NCBI GenBank assembly: GCA_035440845.1
Contig: DAORNI010000005.1
Location: forward strand, 15,647-44,995
Direction: 5' to 3'
DNA length: 29,349 nucleotides
Source: Parachlamydiaceae bacterium
GTDB taxonomy: Bacteria; Chlamydiota; Chlamydiia; Chlamydiales; Parachlamydiaceae
Shown here piece by piece: positions 8,225 to 17,228 of the stretch (position 1 is the first letter of the stretch; the number at the start of each line of letters is the position of its first letter). Below the pieces are notes generated by a model. It worked only from the letters and a program-made list of their open reading frames with translations, did no database searches and was not told the DNA's origin. The position numbers and the translations under genes are program-made.

Positions 8225-9147
8225 AAGAAAATCTTCATCAAATCACTTATATTGACCGCACTTTAAAAAAAAAATGTGTAGAAAAAGTTTATGGTGGATC
8301 TGCCTTAAAGCTGCTTTATGGGGATGATTTTATTTCGAAAATTTTAGGCGCGCCCCTTTTGCACGCTTTGGTCAAATACCCTATTTTCTCAAAAATTTAT
8401 GGTTGGTTTCAAAAAACAAGCTCTAGCCAAAAAAAAATTAAGTCCTTCATTCAAAATTTTGAGGTCGATTCCTCCGAATTCCTTTTAGATGTAGATGATT
8501 TTCAATCCTTTAACGATTTTTTTATCCGAAAGTTAAAACTTGCTGCAAGACCAATTACAGCTGGAGAAAACGTTGCCATTATTCCGGCAGACGGCCGTTA
8601 TCTATTCTATCAGAATATCCGTGAGACCGATGGTTTTATTGTGAAGGGTGAAAAATTCAATCTGGACACTCTCTTAGATGATCCTGCACTTGCCAGTCAA
8701 TATGATGGGGGATCCATGGTGATTGCAAGGCTTTGTCCAACCGATTACCACCGCTACCATTTTCCAGTCGATTGCACCCCATCAAAAGCCAAAATCATCA
8801 ATGGATGGCTCTATTCGGTAAATCCTATTGCAATCAAAAAAAATATCCATATCTTCACTCAAAACAAGCGCGCTCTTACAGAACTTAAAACGGAAAAATT
8901 TGGCACCCTTCTCTTTTTAGAGATCGGGGCCACAAGCGTTGGGACTATTACAGATACTTACATACCCGATCAATTCTATCCAAAAGGGGCTGAGAAAGGC
9001 TATTTTTCCTTTGGTGCCTCTTCCCTCATTTTGCTTTTTGAGCCTGGAAAAATCACATTTGATGAAGATCTCCTTTTAGCGACAAAAGAAGGATTTGAAA
9101 TCCGATGCCTCATGGGTCAAAAAATGGGCACTTTGCACATTTCATAA
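8221..9147 (+). CDS. psd: Phosphatidylserine decarboxylase proenzyme
   Basis: FQSFNDFFIRKLK, PADGR, RLCPTDYHRYHFP and EIGATSVGTI motifs; cleavage-site region GYFSFGASSLILLF; TTG start. Confidence 0.95.
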   Translation: MKENLHQITYIDRTLKKKCVEKVYGGSALKLLYGDDFISKILGAPLLHALVKYPIFSKIYGWFQKTSSSQKKIKSFIQNFEVDSSEFLLDVDDFQSFNDFFIRKLKLAARPITAGENVAIIPADGRYLFYQNIRETDGFIVKGEKFNLDTLLDDPALASQYDGGSMVIARLCPTDYHRYHFPVDCTPSKAKIINGWLYSVNPIAIKKNIHIFTQNKRALTELKTEKFGTLLFLEIGATSVGTITDTYIPDQFYPKGAEKGYFSFGASSLILLFEPGKITFDEDLLLATKEGFEIRCLMGQKMGTLHIS

Positions 9148-9273
9148 AAAGTTGAATAAATCAATTTGCGGGAAAGGGCAGCAAAAGCTTATACTCATTA
9201 CTTGACATGCTCCAAAACTGTATGAAGTATATGCATTCAAAATGCTTGTAACACAGGAAACAAGACTATCAAA

Positions 9274-9477
9274 ATGACTTTATTTCAAGTAGGAGCAACA
9301 ACCTTATTAATTTTTGTATTCTCATTTTGTATCTGGTGTGAACTCTTTCGACACTTAGATTATTTTGAAGTTCAATATACCAAACAAACAAAAAAAAGGG
9401 TATTATGGATTATTTTCTCAAGTCTCATCTATTTAATCGCATTATTATACTTAGCATTGTCGCTGCTTTCTCATTGA
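9274..9477 (+). CDS. Possible small two-TM membrane protein (67 aa)
   Basis: Two hydrophobic segments separated by a charged loop. Overlaps the next ORF by 73 nt and has a weak RBS, so it may be spurious. Confidence 0.3.
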   Translation: MTLFQVGATTLLIFVFSFCIWCELFRHLDYFEVQYTKQTKKRVLWIIFSSLIYLIALLYLALSLLSH

Positions 9478-9873
9478 CAATAGTCCAACCAGCCCAAGCT
9501 CACTGCGCCAGAGTAAATACTAATTTGAACACCGTTCAATTTACGCTCCGAATAGAAAAGTTAATCAAAAAAATCAATAAGTATAAAGATCAAATGAATT
9601 CTGGTAAACTCGTTGAAACTCTGGTTGATATCCAAGCGGAAGTAGAAGCATATACCGGACGGAAAATCGATATCTCAAAAGAGTTAAAAAATGTAGAAAA
9701 AGAAGTTAAAAAGAGTAACCATTGGAGTAATAATTGCCCTATGCAGGGTCTTTCTTTTCTTTGTTCCTGTCCCTATTTGTCAAGCATGGGCTCCAAGAGT
9801 AATTGCAACTGGCGCAGGGATTGCTGCTGAGGGTTGTATGGATCGCATGGAAGAAAATCGTAGAAAACACTAA
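9405..9873 (+). pseudogene. Frameshifted gene for a secreted protein with a C-terminal hydrophobic segment
   Basis: The 0-frame gives a signal peptide (...IVQPAQA) and a helical domain to ...EKEVKK. The +1 frame, open from 9697, continues RVTIGVIIALCRVFLFFVPVPICQAWAPRVIATGAGIAAEGCMDRMEENRRKH and stops at TAA 9871-9873. Confidence 0.6.
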
Positions 9874-9885
9874 GGAAGTTAACGT

Positions 9886-12771
9886 ATGTTTGGATTTTTG
9901 AAAAAAATTTTTGGTTCTGCTCAAGACAGACTTCTCCGTAAATATTTTAAACTTGTCAAAGAGGTCAATTCCTTTGATGAGAAATATAAGTCATTAAGTG
10001 ATGAAGAGTTAAAAAATAAAACGGTCGAATTTAGAAATCGCCTGGAAAAGGGTGAAACACTAGACGACCTGTTGCCAGAAGCTTATGGCGTTGTTAAAAA
10101 TGCGTGCCGGAGATTAAGCGGAACAGAAATCCACGTTTCAGGATATGATCAAAAATGGGACATGGTTCCCTACGATGTGCAAGTAGTTGGTGGAATTGCC
10201 ATGCACTATGGCGCTATTGCTGAAATGATGACAGGGGAGGGAAAAACACTTACTGCCAGTATGCCGCTTTACTTAAATGCCCTCTCTAAAAAGCCTGTGC
10301 ATCTAGTGACTGTCAATGATTACCTTGCAGAAAGGGACTGTCAATGGGTGGGCACTGTTTTCCGCTGGCTTGGACTTACAACCGCTGCTTTAACAAACGA
10401 AGTGCCAACAGAAAACAGAAAAAAAATTTATGAAGCAGATATCGTTTATGGAACAGCTTCAGAATTTGGTTTTGACTATTTGCGCGACAATTCCATGGCC
10501 GGCAGAAAAGAAGACCAGGTGCAGCGGGGCTATTACTACGCCATCATAGATGAAGTGGACTCTATCTTGATTGACGAGGCAAGAACGCCACTGATCATTT
10601 CAGGACCAGTACCAATCAGTCGTCAAATGTATGACGAATTAAAAGTGCAAGTTTCAGAACTTGTCCGCCTCCAAAGAGATTTTTGCAACAAGCTCAGCTT
10701 GGATGCTAAAAAGGAACTTGAAAAGCTAGAAGCTTTAAAAGGAGAAAAGAAAACCAAGCAGCAAACAGAAATAGAACAAGAAGCCCTTCGCAAACTTTGG
10801 CTTGTCAGCAAAGGCACACCGCGCAACAAAGTTTTAAAGCGCTTTAAAGAAGACCCTGATATGAGGGCTCTCCTTGATAAGTTTGACCTCTATTACTATG
10901 CTGACCAGAACAAGGAAGAGCGTCTTAAATTATTAGCTGAACTCTACATGATCATCGATGAGAAGAACAGCGAATTTGAGCTCACAGACAAAGGCGTTGC
11001 CCTTTGGCAGGAAGTCAGCCGTGACAAAGGCGATGAATTTGTCATGCTAGACATTGGCCATGAATATCTTTTAGTCGATCAGGACAGCTCTTTATCAGAA
11101 GATCAAAAAATCCAGAAAAAACTAGACATTCAAGAAGAAGATGCAAAACGAAAAGAGCGCTCCCACAACTTAAGACAGCTTCTTCGCGCTCATCTCTTAA
11201 TGGAAAAAGATGTCGACTACATCGTACAAGATGAAAAAATTGTCATCATCGATGAGAACACCGGAAGAACACAGCATGGAAGGCGCTTTTCTGATGGCTT
11301 GCATCAGGCCATTGAGGCAAAAGAGGGCGTTGCCATCCAAAAAGAGACGCAGACCTACGCCACCATCACCTTGCAAAACTTTTTTAGGATGTATGAAAAG
11401 CTAGCTGGCATGACAGGTACTGCCATCACAGAGGCCAACGAACTTAAAACCATTTATAAAATCGATGTCCTTGAAATCCCCACACACCGGCCTGCCAAAC
11501 GCAGAGATGCCCATGACCAAATTTACATGACAGAGCGTGAAAAATATAACGCAATCGTCAATGAAATCAGGGAAATCCATGAACAAGGAAGACCTATCTT
11601 AATAGGAACTGAATCGGTAGATATTTCAGAAAAGCTCTCCCGCATTTTAAGGCAGAATAAGCTGGAGCATACGGTATTAAATGCCAAGCAAAATGCAAAA
11701 GAAGCAGAGATCATTGCCCATGCAGGAAAAAAAGGTGCTATCACTGTTTCTACCAATATGGCAGGAAGAGGCACCGACATCAAACTAGAGCCGGGCGTTG
11801 CAGAAATTGGGGGTCTTGCTGTCATTGGCACTGCAAGGCATGAATCGCGCCGGATTGACCGCCAATTAAGAGGAAGAAGCGGCCGCCAGGGCGATCCTGG
11901 AAGCTCTAAATTCTTTGTCTCTTTTGATGACAGGCTTTTACGTCTTTTTGCCTCTCCAAGATTAACTGGCATCTTGCAAAAATTCAGACCGCCAGAAGGA
12001 GAGCCCATTTCTGCTTCAATCTTAAATAAATCGATTGAAACGGCGCAAAAAAGAATTGAGCAGCGCAACTACACCATCCGCAAGCACACGCTAGAATATG
12101 ATGATGTGATGAATAAGCAAAGACAAGAGATCTATGCATTTAGAAACGAAGTGCTCCACACAAAAGATATTGAGCCCTTAGCATTAGAGCTTATAAACAG
12201 CGTCATCTCAAGTGCTGCAGACCAGTATTTTTATAGTCGAGGAGAAGAGGGTGGCTGGAATCCAGAGGGTTTTCGTGAGTGGCTGATGAGGCATTTTCCT
12301 GTCTCTTTTGAGCCGGGCTCTTTTGATGATGACCATTCAGACATTGAAGACCTCGAGAAAAAAGCATCCGAAAAAATTTGCCGCGCTTTTCAAGATAAAT
12401 TGGCGCGCGAATGTGAGAAATTGCCCAATATGGCAACTTCTCAGGGTATTAAACCCACCAATGAGGCGATGCGCAACTTGATCATCCGAAGAAATGACCA
12501 TCTTTGGCAAGAGCATCTTTTAAAAATGGATCATTTGCGCACAGATGTGAATTTGAGGACGGTTGGGCAAAGAGACCCATTGACAGAATTTAAGCATGAG
12601 GCTTTTAACCTATTTGATGAGTTTAGCCGCACGCTAAGGACTGAAATAGCGCAAGACCTTTTCCGCTTTGAGATCATTACCAAGCCGCCAGCTTCCATTC
12701 AGCAGCTTTTAAATCAGCTCCAAATGGAAAAAAATCGCTCTTTTGCAGCGGAGCTAGACGCTGAAACATGA
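9886..12771 (+). CDS. secA: Preprotein translocase ATPase SecA
   Basis: EMMTGEGKT Walker A, IIDEVDSILIDEARTPLIISG, STNMAGRGTDIKL and RRIDRQLRGRSGRQGDPGSS motifs; AAGGA RBS at 9872-9876. Confidence 0.98.
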   Translation: MFGFLKKIFGSAQDRLLRKYFKLVKEVNSFDEKYKSLSDEELKNKTVEFRNRLEKGETLDDLLPEAYGVVKNACRRLSGTEIHVSGYDQKWDMVPYDVQVVGGIAMHYGAIAEMMTGEGKTLTASMPLYLNALSKKPVHLVTVNDYLAERDCQWVGTVFRWLGLTTAALTNEVPTENRKKIYEADIVYGTASEFGFDYLRDNSMAGRKEDQVQRGYYYAIIDEVDSILIDEARTPLIISGPVPISRQMYDELKVQVSELVRLQRDFCNKLSLDAKKELEKLEALKGEKKTKQQTEIEQEALRKLWLVSKGTPRNKVLKRFKEDPDMRALLDKFDLYYYADQNKEERLKLLAELYMIIDEKNSEFELTDKGVALWQEVSRDKGDEFVMLDIGHEYLLVDQDSSLSEDQKIQKKLDIQEEDAKRKERSHNLRQLLRAHLLMEKDVDYIVQDEKIVIIDENTGRTQHGRRFSDGLHQAIEAKEGVAIQKETQTYATITLQNFFRMYEKLAGMTGTAITEANELKTIYKIDVLEIPTHRPAKRRDAHDQIYMTEREKYNAIVNEIREIHEQGRPILIGTESVDISEKLSRILRQNKLEHTVLNAKQNAKEAEIIAHAGKKGAITVSTNMAGRGTDIKLEPGVAEIGGLAVIGTARHESRRIDRQLRGRSGRQGDPGSSKFFVSFDDRLLRLFASPRLTGILQKFRPPEGEPISASILNKSIETAQKRIEQRNYTIRKHTLEYDDVMNKQRQEIYAFRNEVLHTKDIEPLALELINSVISSAADQYFYSRGEEGGWNPEGFREWLMRHFPVSFEPGSFDDDHSDIEDLEKKASEKICRAFQDKLARECEKLPNMATSQGIKPTNEAMRNLIIRRNDHLWQEHLLKMDHLRTDVNLRTVGQRDPLTEFKHEAFNLFDEFSRTLRTEIAQDLFRFEIITKPPASIQQLLNQLQMEKNRSFAAELDAET

Positions 12772-14279
12772 TTTCTAACCGTACATTTTTAGCAGTTGAA
12801 AAAGCGTTACAAGACGGGGCATTTTTTTTGATGACCCCGTCTAATACTATCAGAGTAGAAAAATTTAATTTTATTGAGCAAATTTTTCGCCATTGCACAA
12901 CAAAAAGACAGCAAGCTCCTATTCAAAATGCTGTCTGGTTCAAAGATCAACTAATAGATGCACCTCAGCAAAAAAGTGAGGCATTTGATCCAGAAAGACT
13001 AGTTGACACAATCCGCATGTTTCTTAATCAATACAAAAAATATAAAGATGAGCCAGAATTTAGAGCTTGCGCTTTAGAGCTTTTAGCTTATCGCTTAAAA
13101 ATCCCTTCCAAGGCGTTAGATGAGGCGGTTAATCCGGGCTTTAAGGATTTTGCAGAAAAGAGCCATCTCTATAATTATTTAGCGACACATAACGATAAGC
13201 TTGTTGTAATGGAAGATCATAAAATTAAAATGCAATTTTCTGGTAATTTAAGCCCCTGGGAATTTATAAAGCAAGAAGTAGAAAATTATTTAAAAGAAAC
13301 TAAAAACTATGCAGAGCCTTATACGATCAGCCTCTATGGACGGCTTGGTATTGAAAATAGAAACCGTTGCAATTGGACAAAACTTTTACCTTTTTTAAAA
13401 AGCAATACAAAAGAATGGGCGCCTCATTTTCTTAAAAATTTGCCTATTTTTAACTGTTACAATAAGGCCTATGCGATCGAATTTTGCTCGACAGCAACAG
13501 AAAAACTCCCAAGAAAAGTAGGCGACCACACTTTTGTACGGCTTTATTCTTTTGTGCAGTCCGAAGAAGAAACCTATGGAAAAATGTATAGCTTTGGGCT
13601 ATATCGCCCTCACAAAGAGGGTTGTCAAAGTGGCTCTGATGCGCTCCTTAAAATAAAGCCTGGATTTATCAATGAAGAGGTCAGCGAAGTTTGGGGGATC
13701 AATGATAAAATCCGCACGATTGCCCTGCAAATAACTAAAGAGCAGTTTTCTAATATTAAAAACAAAGTCCGCCAAGACAAAGAAAAAAATGAAATTATTT
13801 TTCAGCTTTTTTCTTTTAACTGCGACCAGTACGCCTCTGATCTAGCTCTTCTTGCAGACGTTACATTGCCAACAAAACGCCATTTTTTTGAGCTGCTTGT
13901 GATCTCATTTGAAGAAGAGAAGTTTAAAGATTCTAATCAATATGTTCAAACAGCTGCTAAAATTGCAAATTTGTTCTTAAAAGTTTTCTTGTTTTTATGC
14001 ACGCCTTTATTTAACTTAATCCTTTTATATTTAGGTGCTGGCCAGGTTGACAGCAGAGTCAAAGGCTCTTCTAAACCGATCATTTCTTGTTTTTCAGATC
14101 TATTTGATTCAAAAACATTATACCCATCTTCCCCCTGGGTGCTTGGGACTGCCGTAAAAAAAGAAGTGGAGGAGTGGCGTGCAAGAGAAATTGCAAAACT
14201 GGATCTGACAAAAGAAGGAGACCAAAAAATAAGAGATACTATCCTCTTTTCTTTTCCACCCCATTACAAAGCAGTTTAA
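12768..14279 (+). CDS. Hypothetical protein (503 aa), possible permuted papain-like cysteine hydrolase
   Basis: Long clean ORF with ATGA overlap on the secA stop; GDHTFVRL...YSFG...FQLFSFNCDQYA motifs; hydrophobic segment near the C-terminus. Confidence 0.8.
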   Translation: MISNRTFLAVEKALQDGAFFLMTPSNTIRVEKFNFIEQIFRHCTTKRQQAPIQNAVWFKDQLIDAPQQKSEAFDPERLVDTIRMFLNQYKKYKDEPEFRACALELLAYRLKIPSKALDEAVNPGFKDFAEKSHLYNYLATHNDKLVVMEDHKIKMQFSGNLSPWEFIKQEVENYLKETKNYAEPYTISLYGRLGIENRNRCNWTKLLPFLKSNTKEWAPHFLKNLPIFNCYNKAYAIEFCSTATEKLPRKVGDHTFVRLYSFVQSEEETYGKMYSFGLYRPHKEGCQSGSDALLKIKPGFINEEVSEVWGINDKIRTIALQITKEQFSNIKNKVRQDKEKNEIIFQLFSFNCDQYASDLALLADVTLPTKRHFFELLVISFEEEKFKDSNQYVQTAAKIANLFLKVFLFLCTPLFNLILLYLGAGQVDSRVKGSSKPIISCFSDLFDSKTLYPSSPWVLGTAVKKEVEEWRAREIAKLDLTKEGDQKIRDTILFSFPPHYKAV

Positions 14280-14309
14280 ATTAGAGCGCGCTCGTCAATT
14301 GATAATAAA

Positions 14310-14377
14310 CTTATATTCGAGATTATTTTCTCTCTAGGGGCTAGCAAAGGCTAATCGAAAATAATCTCGAATCTAAG
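14310..14377. terminator. Long inverted repeat between convergent genes (possible bidirectional terminator or palindromic element)
   Basis: ATTCGAGATTATTTTC (14315-14330) is the exact reverse complement of GAAAATAATCTCGAAT (14357-14372). The arms extend to 21 bp with one mismatch; the loop is 26 nt. Confidence 0.6.
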
Positions 14378-14798
14378 CTAGTAACCTGAGTTTTTTCCAG
14401 CCAAGGAAAAGAAGAAAAGGGGAAAAAAGGGCGTACAAATACCAATAATTGGCATTCCAGCTAAGAGTTAACTTTCCATTTTCTCCAAAAAAAAGCATCA
14501 AGAGACTAAAAAGAAAAAATAGGGAGCCTAAAAGCAACAAGCTAACGCTTAAAACAATAGCCTTCACATCTGTTTCTTCTTCAAAGGTGGCAGTTTCTGC
14601 AATTTTGGTCTTTTCCAAAATTTCATTTTCTTCGTTTTCTCTTACGCGATAAGGGGGAATAAAAATTTGATTGAGTTCAAAAGAAGAATGAGGGCTTAAA
14701 TAAACACCACAAGAAATGCAATTCTCCTGGCTTACTAAAACCCCTGTTTCACAATTCCAACATAATTTTTTTGCATCTATATTCATAATTAATATCAT
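14373..14798 (-). CDS. Zinc-ribbon membrane protein (positional equivalent of CT556)
   Basis: CWNC-x10-CISC at the N-terminus and two C-terminal TM helices; divergent from lpdA. Confidence 0.8.
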   Translation of the reverse strand: MILIMNIDAKKLCWNCETGVLVSQENCISCGVYLSPHSSFELNQIFIPPYRVRENEENEILEKTKIAETATFEEETDVKAIVLSVSLLLLGSLFFLFSLLMLFFGENGKLTLSWNANYWYLYALFSPFLLFLGWKKLRLLA

Positions 14799-14890
14799 AT
14801 TACAATTATTACTATTCCTGATGCAAACAAAAAAACATTTTATTTTTATTTGGTGCTTTGGCTATGCTGCTTTTAAAGGAAAAATAAAAA

Positions 14891-16291
14891 ATGGAAACTT
14901 CATTTGATGCAATTGTAATAGGAGGGGGTCCTGGAGGCTATCCTGCCGCCATAAAATTGGCGCAGCTTGGAAAAAAAACAGCTCTTATTGAAGCAAATGA
15001 ACTTGGAGGCACCTGTTTAAACCGCGGCTGCATTCCCTCTAAAACATTGATTGCCAATGCAGAAGTTTTAGAAAAATTGAAATCTGCAGAAGAATTTGGC
15101 ATTCAGGTAAAAGATATAAGCTTTGACTATGCTAAAATGGCAAAACGCAAAGATGAGGTTGTCAGCAAAATAGGGAAAAGCTTAAAGCAGCTTATCTTGT
15201 CAAACGGCATCACCCTTTTTAAAGGTTTTGGAAAATTCATCTCTCCTAATGAGATTAAAATCACAGGAGAAACAAATGTTATTGTCTCAGCAGACACAGT
15301 CATCATTGCGACTGGTTCTGAGCCAAAAAATATTCCGGCTTTTCCTTGCGACCATACTCTTATTTTAGACTCAACAGACCTTTTAAACAGGACAACACTT
15401 CCAAAAAAAATTGCCATCATTGGTGGAGGCATTATCGGATGCGAATTTGCTTCCCTTTATGCAGCATTTGGAGTAGAAGTTGCCCTCATCGAAATGCTGC
15501 CACGCATTTTACCGATGGAATCTTTAGCCATTTCAGAAGCCTTGACAAAGGCTTTTTTATCAAAAGGTATTCAGATCAAAACAAGCGCTCAAGTATCTGC
15601 CATTGATAAAACCGCAACTGGCATTCAAGTGCGCTTAAAAGATGATGAGCCAATTGATGCAGACATTGCGCTAGTTGCTGTTGGCAGAAAGCTCAATACA
15701 AATGAGATAGGTCTTGAAAAAGCAGGTCTGACAGCAGACGAAAATGGATTCATTAAAGTGAATGATAAAATGGAGACGATAGTTCCTGGCATTTATGCAG
15801 TAGGTGACATTGCCTCTAAGTGGTGGCTTGCACATGTTGCTTCGCATCAAGGACTAATAGCTGCAAGCAACGCATGCGGCATCTTAGCTCATATGCATTA
15901 TAACGCCATCCCATCAGCTATTTTTACAGTACCAGAAATTGCCACTGTCGGCTTGAGTTTAGAGCAGGCTAAAAGCGCTGGTTTTTCATCTGCAATTGTT
16001 AGCGCTTTTCCTTTTGCAGCCCTTGGAAAATCTGTGGCCACAGGAGAAACAGAAGGCTTTGCACAAATTGTCACAGACAAAAGAACCGGCCAGATACTTG
16101 GCGCTCAAGTTGTTGGCTATCAAGCCTCTTCTCTTATCTCTGAAATGGCTGTTGCCATTGCAAACGAACTTACTGTAGAGTCTATTTCAGATACTGTTCA
16201 TGCGCACCCGACACTTCCAGAAAGTTTTGCAGAAGCTGCACTTTTAGCAACCGGAATGCCTCTTCATTTACCAAAAAAAGGTAGAAAATGA
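14891..16291 (+). CDS. lpdA: Dihydrolipoyl dehydrogenase
   Basis: GGGPGG FAD motif, GGTCLNRGCIPSK redox disulfide, GGGIIG NAD motif and HAHPTLPE. Confidence 0.97.
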   Translation: METSFDAIVIGGGPGGYPAAIKLAQLGKKTALIEANELGGTCLNRGCIPSKTLIANAEVLEKLKSAEEFGIQVKDISFDYAKMAKRKDEVVSKIGKSLKQLILSNGITLFKGFGKFISPNEIKITGETNVIVSADTVIIATGSEPKNIPAFPCDHTLILDSTDLLNRTTLPKKIAIIGGGIIGCEFASLYAAFGVEVALIEMLPRILPMESLAISEALTKAFLSKGIQIKTSAQVSAIDKTATGIQVRLKDDEPIDADIALVAVGRKLNTNEIGLEKAGLTADENGFIKVNDKMETIVPGIYAVGDIASKWWLAHVASHQGLIAASNACGILAHMHYNAIPSAIFTVPEIATVGLSLEQAKSAGFSSAIVSAFPFAALGKSVATGETEGFAQIVTDKRTGQILGAQVVGYQASSLISEMAVAIANELTVESISDTVHAHPTLPESFAEAALLATGMPLHLPKKGRK

Positions 16292-17226
16292 GTAATTGCA
16301 GCAAAAACCGTTTAAATATTTTGCCGGAAAATCCAGAAAAAGAAACGATGGGGCGTTTTCCCTCGTGGCTTCACCGCAAAATTCCAGAAGGGTTGAACAA
16401 GCAGCTGACAAGCTCTATCTTAGAAAAAAATAGGCTCCATACAGTTTGTGAAGAGGCAAAATGCCCTAATTTACCGGAATGCTGGGCAAAAAAAAGCGCT
16501 ACTTTTTTAATCATGGGAAAAGAGTGCACAAGAAGCTGCGGGTTTTGCAGCATCGATTTTTCCAAAACCCCAAAAGCATTAGATCCTCTCGAGCCAAATC
16601 GGGTTGCTGAATCAGTAGAAGCACTTGAACTAAAGCATGTTGTGATTACAATGGTAGCTCGTGATGATTTGGAAGATGGAGGAGCCTTTCATCTTAAAGA
16701 GACGATCCATGCATTGCGCCGTCTTAAAAATCCCCCCACAATTGAAGTATTGACATCCGATTTCAATGGCAATGCAGCAGCCCTTGACTCTGTGATAGAA
16801 GCTCGTCCTGAAATTTTTAATTACAATATCGAGACGGTGCGCTCTTTGACAAAAAGAGTGCGTCACACAGCCACTTATGAGCGCACCCTTTGGCTTTTAA
16901 GTTATGTCAAATCAAAAGCATCCAATTTTCCTATGTTTGTCAAATCGGGATTGATGGTCGGTCTTGGAGAAGAAGAAAGTGAGGTCAAAGAGACAATTTC
17001 TGACTTAAAAAAAGCAGGATGTGATATCATCACGATCGGGCAATATTTGCAGTCTGGCCGGCATAAATTACTTGTTAAGTCTTTTATCACTCCAGAGCAA
17101 TTCAAAAAATATGAAGAGTTTGGCCATGCCCTTGGAATCAAACATATGTACTGTGGCCCTTTTGTCCGGTCAAGTTACAATGCCCATTTAGTTTTTAACC
17201 AAACAACATTCATTAATAGCCACTAA
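16288..17226 (+). CDS. lipA: Lipoyl synthase
   Basis: CEEAKCPNLPEC (CX4CX5C), CTRSCGFC radical-SAM motif and RSSY C-terminal motif. Confidence 0.97.
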   Translation: MSNCSKNRLNILPENPEKETMGRFPSWLHRKIPEGLNKQLTSSILEKNRLHTVCEEAKCPNLPECWAKKSATFLIMGKECTRSCGFCSIDFSKTPKALDPLEPNRVAESVEALELKHVVITMVARDDLEDGGAFHLKETIHALRRLKNPPTIEVLTSDFNGNAAALDSVIEARPEIFNYNIETVRSLTKRVRHTATYERTLWLLSYVKSKASNFPMFVKSGLMVGLGEEESEVKETISDLKKAGCDIITIGQYLQSGRHKLLVKSFITPEQFKKYEEFGHALGIKHMYCGPFVRSSYNAHLVFNQTTFINSH

Positions 17227-17228
17227 TT

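Noticed and set aside
8265-8274. A10 tract at the start of psd (also A9 runs at 4979-4987 and 7514-7522)
   Set aside because: Reading frames are intact, and A/T runs are frequent throughout this AT-rich window, so there is no evidence of phase variation.
9705-9713. Possible programmed -1 frameshift at T-AAA-AAG
   Set aside because: The downstream coherent frame is +1, not -1, and the heptamer is not a full A-AAA-AAG.
11523-12068. 181-aa minus-strand ORF and other short ORFs inside secA, dsbD, lpdA, lipA, the sct genes, dinG and rpoD
   Set aside because: Fully nested in well-supported genes, with no recognisable motifs or RBS; expected by chance.
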